Notes: a model not told the origin generated them from the sequence alone. Shown: positions 19,610 through 26,959, counted from the first letter of the stretch. The stretch: DNA of 64,000 bases from Gammaproteobacteria bacterium TMED78 (GCA_002171615.1 NHEF01000021.1:38574-102573), one strand, 5' to 3'. A program made the numbers and translations.

Positions 19610-20875
19610 TTATTGCCATGCGGCATAAACTGGCTTACCTACCATTGTTTCGATCCTTGCACCAGCTCTTGGCTTAAACTTTTGAATTCTTCCATTGCCA
19701 ACTTCGGCAACATAAAAATTACCTTCTTGATCAACACTTAAACCATGAACTCCCCACATTCCACCAGGAAAATCACCAAGAATTCCCCAAGAATATAAGA
19801 AGTTCCCGTCTAAGTCATAACCTAGAATCTTACTTGTTGCTCGATCCGCAGCCCAAAGTATATTATCAGCTCCTATATAAAACAAATGAATATCTGCAGG
19901 CTCCTCACCAAAGCTCCATTCATCTAAATATTCACCATTATCAGTAAATACTTGGACTCTATTATTAGCTCTATCATTAACAAATACTCTTCTTGACTGA
20001 ACATCAACGGCTACACCGTGAACATTATTCATAAAACCCGGTCTTGTTTCATTAGGTGGGTTGCCAGCTTCGCCCCAAGACATTAAGTAATTACCGTCAT
20101 TATCAAACTTAACTACACGGGTATTTGCATACCCATCTGCCACAAAAAAAGCATCTGGTAAAAATGCCATAAATGTTGGCCTTGAAAAATGTTCTTCGTC
20201 ATTTCCAGAAACATTAGGAATACCTATTGTTTGGACTAATTCAGAACCATCGTTGGTAAATTTAAAAATAGCATGACGAAAATCATCAACTACCCAAACA
20301 TGTTTCTCAGGATCATATGGATTTATTGTCACATAATGAGGCCTTCTAAAAAGAGAATCCCATTGTGTCCAGTCCTCGATAATATCCCCTTCACGATTAA
20401 CAACTACAAGACAATGATTCCACCTATGATCAACTCCATACTCTCCTCTATCTGTGTCGTCTCCTTCAAGTGCTCCTGGTAAGCTAGCTCTTGGCCCTAC
20501 TGAAGCGTTTCTCCAGGGTAATTGAGCAACTGGAAAAGATAAAGCTGGCCCTGCCTCAGGGTAAACAGTTCTTTCTGGAGCATCTATATTGGGTAATTCT
20601 CCCCTATGAAGCAAAAAAACTCGGTCTGGACTTTCAGCAAAAACACTTTGTCCCGCGCCATAAGTCCAAGCTTCGTTTCCAGGTAGCTCCGAGATATCCT
20701 GTGGCCAATTTTCTACAACCTCGTATGGACCAAACTGATCTTGTCCACCTCTTAATCCTGGAACTGCTGCAAATGATGCTTGAATAGAATTATCTTCTGA
20801 TGATTGATTATTACTAACATATATAACTGCTGAAGCAACAATTAAGGCTGCTATTAGCAAAAGATTTTTATTCAT
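19610..20875 (-). CDS. exported NHL-repeat six-bladed beta-propeller protein (PAL-like)
   Basis: 421 aa with a signal peptide; repeated NHL-type units such as HGVAVDVQSRRVFVNDRANNRVQVFTDNGEY and HGLSVDQEGNFYVAEVGNGRIQKF. Paralog of 22077-23381. Confidence 0.8.
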   Translation of the reverse strand: MNKNLLLIAALIVASAVIYVSNNQSSEDNSIQASFAAVPGLRGGQDQFGPYEVVENWPQDISELPGNEAWTYGAGQSVFAESPDRVFLLHRGELPNIDAPERTVYPEAGPALSFPVAQLPWRNASVGPRASLPGALEGDDTDRGEYGVDHRWNHCLVVVNREGDIIEDWTQWDSLFRRPHYVTINPYDPEKHVWVVDDFRHAIFKFTNDGSELVQTIGIPNVSGNDEEHFSRPTFMAFLPDAFFVADGYANTRVVKFDNDGNYLMSWGEAGNPPNETRPGFMNNVHGVAVDVQSRRVFVNDRANNRVQVFTDNGEYLDEWSFGEEPADIHLFYIGADNILWAADRATSKILGYDLDGNFLYSWGILGDFPGGMWGVHGLSVDQEGNFYVAEVGNGRIQKFKPRAGARIETMVGKPVYAAWQ

Positions 20876-20898
20876 AATAAGCTCTCCCTAAAGTTAAA

Positions 20899-21627
20899 TT
20901 ATTCATCATATCCAGCTAGCTCTTCTTCCCAGACTCTAAAAGTAAAATTATCCATACATGAAAACTCTTCTATAGCCCAATCTACTTTTCTATAGCGCCT
21001 ACTTCCTGACCATGCTTCTGTAAATGCTATAGGATCAGATATTTCAATATCAATAACTAAATTTTGTTCATCATCAAGATAAATCCTCTCAATCACTTTC
21101 AATTGATCACTATGTGGAACACCTTCTCTGTCTATCCATGTCCTATCATTAAAATTAACTGTTTCTACAACAAGAACACCATCCTCCCAATATCCAATAG
21201 AATCTCCCATCCACATTGGTCCTAAGTCAGTCCTATGGCCTCTTCCATCAGTATAGATTTGTCTAACTACGTGATCATACTCAAAAAGCATTAGAACTCT
21301 TCCTGGAGTTTGAATAATTTCCATTGGAAAAGGATGCATATAAATTCTTGGAGTGCCAGGTCTAAAACATTGATAGACAGGGTCATTTGTCTCTAAAACC
21401 GGAACGCCCATTGCACCAAAAGTTGGCTTAGCTTGATCATACAATGATCTAGCCCATGAGGTCATAGGAGGAAGCTCTCCTATTAGTTGAGAGTTTTGAA
21501 AAGACCTAGTATTTTCAAATGGAAAATTATTCCATACACCAGATAAATCTGCCGAACTATTGCCTTCCTGGGCATAAACACTACCAAAAAATAGTATTAG
21601 TAAAAAAAATTTATATAAACTTTTCAT
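20899..21627 (-). CDS. exported protein of unknown function, Cys-pair family (paralog B)
   Basis: 242 aa with a signal peptide; MGDSIGYWEDGVLVVETVNFNDRTWIDREGVPHSDQLKVIERI and a Cys pair (YQCFRPGTPR ... EFSCMD). Paralogous to 8950-9693 and 10093-11019. Confidence 0.8.
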   Translation of the reverse strand: MKSLYKFFLLILFFGSVYAQEGNSSADLSGVWNNFPFENTRSFQNSQLIGELPPMTSWARSLYDQAKPTFGAMGVPVLETNDPVYQCFRPGTPRIYMHPFPMEIIQTPGRVLMLFEYDHVVRQIYTDGRGHRTDLGPMWMGDSIGYWEDGVLVVETVNFNDRTWIDREGVPHSDQLKVIERIYLDDEQNLVIDIEISDPIAFTEAWSGSRRYRKVDWAIEEFSCMDNFTFRVWEEELAGYDE

Positions 21628-21631
21628 AAAT

Positions 21632-22051
21632 CTAAAGCACTGATGAATCTAAAGCTTCTAAATAGTTTTCATCACCATCTAAATAGTTACCCTCTGAATC
21701 AACTACTAACCGTAGTCTAAGGAATGGCGCGCCATTCCTTGCAGGATTTCCACCAAGAATAATCTCATCTCCCGGTTGAAGAACATCCTTGTTCCACCTC
21801 GCCGCTCCTACATCTCTCCTAGCTAAGCGATTAGGACTGGTTAATTCACCTGACCATTCCACAGTTTCGCCATTGTCATCGATTACTTCAATGTAGATGA
21901 GCACATGGGGATTAATAAAATTAAACTTAGTCACTTTTCCACGAACAGCAACATTTAAATCATTATTAAATGAGGCGCCTCCATGGTGAGAAAAAGCATT
22001 TGTCATAAAGATCGTAGTAATAGTAAAAAAACATAGTATTTTAAAAGCCAT
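21632..22051 (-). CDS. small exported protein with predicted His-His near the mature N-terminus (possibly DUF6152-type)
   Basis: 139 aa; the signal peptide ends ...MTNAFS, followed by HHGGASFNND...FNFINPHVLIYIEV. Paralog of 9716-10096. The gap to the next gene is 4 nt. Confidence 0.8.
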   Translation of the reverse strand: MAFKILCFFTITTIFMTNAFSHHGGASFNNDLNVAVRGKVTKFNFINPHVLIYIEVIDDNGETVEWSGELTSPNRLARRDVGAARWNKDVLQPGDEIILGGNPARNGAPFLRLRLVVDSEGNYLDGDENYLEALDSSVL

Positions 22052-22076
22052 TAACCTCTCCTCTTATTAAATTGAT

Positions 22077-23381
22077 CTACCAACTAGATCTAATAGGCTG
22101 TCCGACTAAGTAATCAGGATTTGCTCCATTTCTAGGTGAATATTTCTGGAAACCACCATTATCAACCTCTGAAATATAAAAATTACCATCTTCATCAACA
22201 CTCATACCGTGAACTCCCCACATTCCACCAGGAAAATCACCCCATGTACCCCAAGAATACAAAAAATTACCATCAAGATCGAATTTAAGAATCTTATTTG
22301 TTCCTCGATCTGCCGCCCAAAGATAACCATCATCAGTGATCATAAATAGATGAACATCTGAAGGCGCTGGGCCAAAGCTCCATTGATCAAGAAAGCTTCC
22401 ATTTTCATCAAAAACTTGAACTCGATGATTATATCTATCATTAACAAATACCCTATTTGTGTTTGGATCAACTGCTATACCATGGACGTTATGAAAATGA
22501 TTTGGTCTTGTGTCTTGACGAGAATCATCTGATGGCTCTCCCCACGAGGTTAAATAGTTTCCATCGCTATCAAATTTAACCACTCTTGTTCCATTATAGC
22601 CATCAGCCACTACAAAACTACCGTCAGGAAACCAATCTAAAAAACTTGGTCGATTAAAATGAGTTTCATCATCGCCCAGCTCACCATAAGTACCGATAGT
22701 CTGAACTAGCTCGCTACCATCATTAGTGAACTTATGAATAACATGTTTATGATCATCTACAATCCAAACATGCTTTTCAGGATCATAGGGGCTAATAGCA
22801 ATATAGTGCGGTCTCTGAAGGATAGAGTCCCATTGATCCCAAACATCAATTATATTGCCATCTCCATCAAAAATGACTATGCAATTTTTCCATAAAGCAT
22901 CTACACCTATCCTGCCTCCTCTTGACTCCCAAACAGAAATAGCTGTTTCTGCCAAGCTACCAGCACCGCCATTTGCAGGAAGACTTGAGACAGTTGCGTC
23001 TCTCCAAGGGAGTCTACCTACTGGAAAATAAATACTAGGAGCAACTTCTGAAAGAGATCTAGTGCTTGGTCTATCTATATTTGGTAACTGGCCTCTCTGA
23101 AGTGCAAATATCTTATCAGGACTTTCAGCAAAGATACTTTGACCTGCTCCATAAGTCCAGCCTTCATTACCTTCCAAAGTTGAAATATCTGTAGGCCAAT
23201 CCTCTACAATATTATAAGGTCCTAGGATATCTTGACCACTCCTCTCACCAGGAACTGCAGCAATACTTGAGCTAGTATCCATAGAGCTTTGCTCTTGACC
23301 ACAAGCACTAACAAAAATCGAAAAAAGAAAAATAAGGTAAAATCTAGGGCTAAATAATCCTGAAAAAATAAAATGCGTCAT
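22077..23381 (-). CDS. NHL-repeat six-bladed beta-propeller lipoprotein (PAL-like)
   Basis: 434 aa; lipobox FVSAC; NHL units HGIAVDPNTNRVFVNDRYNHRVQVFDENGSF and HGMSVDEDGNFYISEVDNGGFQKY. Clearly homologous along its whole length to 19610-20875. Confidence 0.8.
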   Translation of the reverse strand: MTHFIFSGLFSPRFYLIFLFSIFVSACGQEQSSMDTSSSIAAVPGERSGQDILGPYNIVEDWPTDISTLEGNEGWTYGAGQSIFAESPDKIFALQRGQLPNIDRPSTRSLSEVAPSIYFPVGRLPWRDATVSSLPANGGAGSLAETAISVWESRGGRIGVDALWKNCIVIFDGDGNIIDVWDQWDSILQRPHYIAISPYDPEKHVWIVDDHKHVIHKFTNDGSELVQTIGTYGELGDDETHFNRPSFLDWFPDGSFVVADGYNGTRVVKFDSDGNYLTSWGEPSDDSRQDTRPNHFHNVHGIAVDPNTNRVFVNDRYNHRVQVFDENGSFLDQWSFGPAPSDVHLFMITDDGYLWAADRGTNKILKFDLDGNFLYSWGTWGDFPGGMWGVHGMSVDEDGNFYISEVDNGGFQKYSPRNGANPDYLVGQPIRSSW

Positions 23382-23423
23382 AGTTCCCCTCTAAGATTAG
23401 TAGTTTCAATAACTGAATAAACT

Positions 23424-24005
23424 CTAGGATAGCAATTTTTTTCGACTCATCCAAATTCTATATACCTCTATCAAGCACAAGATCATAAGATAGATTGTTG
23501 CCGTAGTTCTATTAAATGCCGTTAGGATCCAATGAAAAAATATTAAAACTACTGCTAAATAAACAAATCTATGCAATTTTTTCCAATACCTTCCCATAAA
23601 TCTTTGAGAGTAATTATTACTTGTAATAGCCAGTAGTAAAAAGATAATAAGTCCTAGCCAGCCAGATAAATACTCTAAAGATATGAAATCATTAAGTATT
23701 CTATCTTTATCAGCAATTCTATCTAAATACACAATCGTATGTAATAAAGCATAAGCAAAGCTTGCTACCCCAAAATAACGTCTATTTGATAATAGCCATT
23801 TCGACAAATAATTATCTGGAAAAGTTAACATAAAAGGGGTTACAAATAAAGAAAGAAACAATAACTGTACAGATATTTTTCCAGATAAATGAATAGTTTC
23901 TCCATAGAAAATATTTTGAAAATAATAATTAAAACATATGCTTATAAAAGGAACTGATAGCACTATCCAAATTAAATACTTCGATTTTAATAACTTTACC
24001 AACAA
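23424..24005 (-). CDS. MsrQ/YedZ-like ferric-reductase-domain haem-b membrane protein
   Basis: 193 aa with about 6 TM segments. Aligns by eye with E. coli YedZ/MsrQ: RRYFGVASFAYALLHTIVYL versus RRLLGLWCFAWATLHLTSY, and YWKKLHRFVYLAVVLIFFHW versus [20 protein letters not shown], including the conserved His residues. TTG start. Confidence 0.8.
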   Translation of the reverse strand: MLVKLLKSKYLIWIVLSVPFISICFNYYFQNIFYGETIHLSGKISVQLLFLSLFVTPFMLTFPDNYLSKWLLSNRRYFGVASFAYALLHTIVYLDRIADKDRILNDFISLEYLSGWLGLIIFLLLAITSNNYSQRFMGRYWKKLHRFVYLAVVLIFFHWILTAFNRTTATIYLMILCLIEVYRIWMSRKKLLS

Positions 24006-24053
24006 ACATCATCTCCATTCGTAATAAATGCAAAATTATATCTTATTTTAATT

Positions 24054-24072
24054 GCAAATGATTATCATTTAG
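24054..24072. promoter_or_regulatory. Fur-box-like operator in a divergent promoter region
   Basis: GCAAATGATTATCATTTAG matches 13 of 19 positions of the consensus GATAATGATAATCATTATC, including the central AATGAT-ATCATT core. It lies 49-67 nt upstream of the msrQ-like start (minus) and 39-57 nt upstream of the HhH gene start (plus). Confidence 0.6.
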
Positions 24073-24110
24073 TTTAACTTGTTGTGCCATTCAAATAAAG
24101 GAGAATAACT

Positions 24111-24551
24111 ATGTTACTAAAAAATACAATATTCACTTCATTATTGCTAATACTTATGAGCATAACTAGCGTTAATGCACAAAGCTTATTAAATGCTAAT
24201 ACTGCGTCAGAATCTGAACTTTCTGGCATTCCTAATATTAATAATGAGGTAGTTCAATTAATTATAAATTCTCGTCCATTTGCTACATTTGGAGATCTTA
24301 ATAATCAATTAAGTAACTTAATGAGTGATAATGAATTAGAAGGCATCTATGCAAACCTTTTTGTACCTCTTAAATTAAATAGCGCTTCTGATGATGATAT
24401 TCAATTAATTCCAGGTGTAGGTAGCAGAATGGCTCACGAGTTCGAAGAATATAGACCTTACACAAGTATGGATCAATTTAGACGTGAAATTGGAAAATAT
24501 GTAGATGAAGATGAAGTTGCAAGATATGAAATGTATGTAATTTTAGAGTGA
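24111..24551 (+). CDS. exported ComEA-like protein with two helix-hairpin-helix units
   Basis: 146 aa; signal peptide (...SVNA/QS); two units LNANTASESELSGIPNINNEVVQLIINSRPFATFGDL and LKLNSASDDDIQLIPGVGSRMAHEFEEYRPYTSMDQF. Good SD (AAGGAG) upstream. Confidence 0.65.
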   Translation: MLLKNTIFTSLLLILMSITSVNAQSLLNANTASESELSGIPNINNEVVQLIINSRPFATFGDLNNQLSNLMSDNELEGIYANLFVPLKLNSASDDDIQLIPGVGSRMAHEFEEYRPYTSMDQFRREIGKYVDEDEVARYEMYVILE

Positions 24552-24592
24552 TTTATTTTAAATACACATAAAATTTATTTGCTTTATTTATT

Positions 24593-24611
24593 GTAAATGA
24601 TTATTATTATT
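24593..24611. promoter_or_regulatory. Fur-box-like operator upstream of the TonB-dependent receptor
   Basis: GTAAATGATTATTATTATT matches 13 of 19 Fur consensus positions and lies 52-70 nt upstream of the receptor ATG. The AT-rich background lowers specificity. Confidence 0.5.
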
Positions 24612-24662
24612 ATTTGCAAATAGGATTCATTAACAATATATGACAATTTTAAGGAAACCTGA

Positions 24663-26837
24663 ATGAAAATTAAACTACTTATTCTATCTTCGCTTTGCTC
24701 GTTAAGCTCTTTAAGCTTTTCGCAAGACTCCAATGATATTGAAAATATTACAATTATTGGAGAAAGAGTAATTCATGGCTCAGCTACAACTATCGAGCCA
24801 GATGAATTACAAATGTTTGAACATATTGATGTTCATAAGGCCCTTGCAAATGTTCCAGGTATTAATTTTAGACCTGAAGAAGGTTACGGTCTTAGACCAA
24901 ACATTTCTATCAGAGGTACATATGATGATAGATCTGGAAAGGTAACATTAATGGAAGATGGTGTATTAATTGCGCCTGCTCCATATGCAGCCTCTTCAGC
25001 ATATTATTTCCCTTCATTTGGAAGAATTCATTCCGTAGAAGTGCTAAAAGGTCCATCAGCTATCACAGAGGGTCCTTACACTATTGGTGGTGCAATTAAT
25101 TTAATCAGCACTCCTATTCCAGATTCTACAGGTGGGTTTTTTAACCAAGAAATGGGATCTGATAGCGCATCAAGAACACATGCAGCATATGGTGTGTCTA
25201 CAGAAAATATTGGTTTTCTCCTTGAGGGACATTTCGCTCAAACTGATGGCTTCGATACAATAGAGCATGTTGGTGGTGATACTGGCTTTGATAAAGATGA
25301 TATTCTGTTTAAATTCAGACTTAATTCTGACCAAGGATCAGATATCTACCATCAGTTAGACTTTAAATATCAGGATTCTTCAGAAAAATCTAATCAAAGT
25401 TATGTTGGTCTTTCAAAGGCAGACTTTAATAGCAATCCTAGACAGCGTTATGGATTTACTAGAAATGACTTAATGGATAATGCACACGATCAAGTCGTTA
25501 TCACATATAGTGTTGATTTTGGCGATCTTGATATTTCTGCAACCTCATATAAAAATAATTTTAAGCGTGATTGGTTTAAAGTAGATAAAATTGGTTATAA
25601 CGGAGCTGCAAAAGGTATCAATAATATGATCGACTATGCTAATGCAGGTACTGCTGACGCTATCGCGGTTTTAAGAGGCACCAATACAACGGCTGAAGAA
25701 ATAAAGTATAAGCATAACAATAGAGTTTATGTTTCAGAAGGAACAGTGATAAAAGGTTCATGGGCAACTGATAATCAAACCTTAACTTTCGGCTATCGTT
25801 CTACTGAAGACTCAGAAGATCGTATGCAATGGTATGAAACTGCGAATTGGCAAGCTGGAAAACTCAGTGCATTAACAGTTGGCTCTAAACCAGGTCTATC
25901 TTCAAACAATAGAATTACAGTTGCTAAAGCAAATGCTATCTTTTTAAATGAAGAGTTAAGACTTGATAACTTAACCATAACAGCTGGTGTTAGAAAGGAA
26001 AATTGGGATATAAATGAAACTCGCTGGAATGAAACAGCGAGAACTACTGTAGCAACAGGATATCCTAAATCAAAAACAAATAATAAAGAAAAAGATGAAA
26101 CTCTATTTGGTTTTGGTGCTGGCTATAGTCTTTCAGATAGTAGTGAAGTATTCCTTGGATATCATCAAGGCTTTTCTCCAACAACTGGAGAAGCGAAACC
26201 TGAAAGCGCTAATAGCATGGAGCTAGGCTGGAGAGGTCAAATAGGAAATGCTAATGTTCAAGCAGTTTACTTTAATACTGATTACAAAAATATTGTTGGA
26301 ACCTGTACTAACTCTGCTTCTGGTATTTATGAAGGATGTACTATTGGTGATACTTTCGATGGCGGTCAAGCAACAATCTCTGGGTTAGAACTTTCGGCAT
26401 CTACTTCATTTACTAATGCATCAGGATCAACTATCCCTCTTATGATAAACTTTACAAGCTCAGATGGTAAATTCGATACAAGCTTTGAAAGTTCTTACTG
26501 GGGGAGTGTAAACAAAGGGATGAAGCTTCCTAATATGCCAGATAGTCAGCTTTCACTTACCACAGGACTTGTTATGAATAATGGTTGGTCAACAATGATA
26601 AACTTGACTAATTTTGGAAGTACTTGCTCAGTCGCATCTTGTGCTACAGATACAACTATAGATTCATATTCTGTTATTGACCTTTCAATTAACAAGGAAA
26701 TTAATGACCGATCTAATGCTTACTTGGTAATAGGAAATGTTACTGATAGTAGTAATATTATTGCTAGAGCACCAAAAAATGGCATCAGGACTCAAAGACC
26801 TCAATACTTCAATGCAGGACTAAGATTTAATTTCTAG
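24663..26837 (+). CDS. TonB-dependent outer-membrane receptor
   Basis: 724 aa; signal peptide; plug-domain motifs (ENITIIGERV...; IRGT...GKVTLMEDGV; VEVLKGPSAITEGPYTIGGAINLIS); long beta-barrel region ending with the terminal aromatic GLRFNF. Confidence 0.9.
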   Translation: MKIKLLILSSLCSLSSLSFSQDSNDIENITIIGERVIHGSATTIEPDELQMFEHIDVHKALANVPGINFRPEEGYGLRPNISIRGTYDDRSGKVTLMEDGVLIAPAPYAASSAYYFPSFGRIHSVEVLKGPSAITEGPYTIGGAINLISTPIPDSTGGFFNQEMGSDSASRTHAAYGVSTENIGFLLEGHFAQTDGFDTIEHVGGDTGFDKDDILFKFRLNSDQGSDIYHQLDFKYQDSSEKSNQSYVGLSKADFNSNPRQRYGFTRNDLMDNAHDQVVITYSVDFGDLDISATSYKNNFKRDWFKVDKIGYNGAAKGINNMIDYANAGTADAIAVLRGTNTTAEEIKYKHNNRVYVSEGTVIKGSWATDNQTLTFGYRSTEDSEDRMQWYETANWQAGKLSALTVGSKPGLSSNNRITVAKANAIFLNEELRLDNLTITAGVRKENWDINETRWNETARTTVATGYPKSKTNNKEKDETLFGFGAGYSLSDSSEVFLGYHQGFSPTTGEAKPESANSMELGWRGQIGNANVQAVYFNTDYKNIVGTCTNSASGIYEGCTIGDTFDGGQATISGLELSASTSFTNASGSTIPLMINFTSSDGKFDTSFESSYWGSVNKGMKLPNMPDSQLSLTTGLVMNNGWSTMINLTNFGSTCSVASCATDTTIDSYSVIDLSINKEINDRSNAYLVIGNVTDSSNIIARAPKNGIRTQRPQYFNAGLRFNF

Positions 26838-26848
26838 TTCTTAAGAGC

Positions 26849-26901
26849 AACCTCCTCCATCTCCAAAAATTGGTTCCCTAGATCAAATAATGGAGGAGGT
26901 T
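26849..26901. repeat. perfect 12-bp inverted repeat with 29-nt spacer (possible terminator or RNA structure)
   Basis: AACCTCCTCCAT (26849-26860) and ATGGAGGAGGTT (26890-26901). Located just after the receptor stop and upstream of the peroxiredoxin gene. No U-tract follows. Confidence 0.6.
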
Positions 26902-26959
26902 CGTTCTCTCAATAAAACAACTATTCGTTATCTAAATAAACTAAACAGGGGTAAATATC

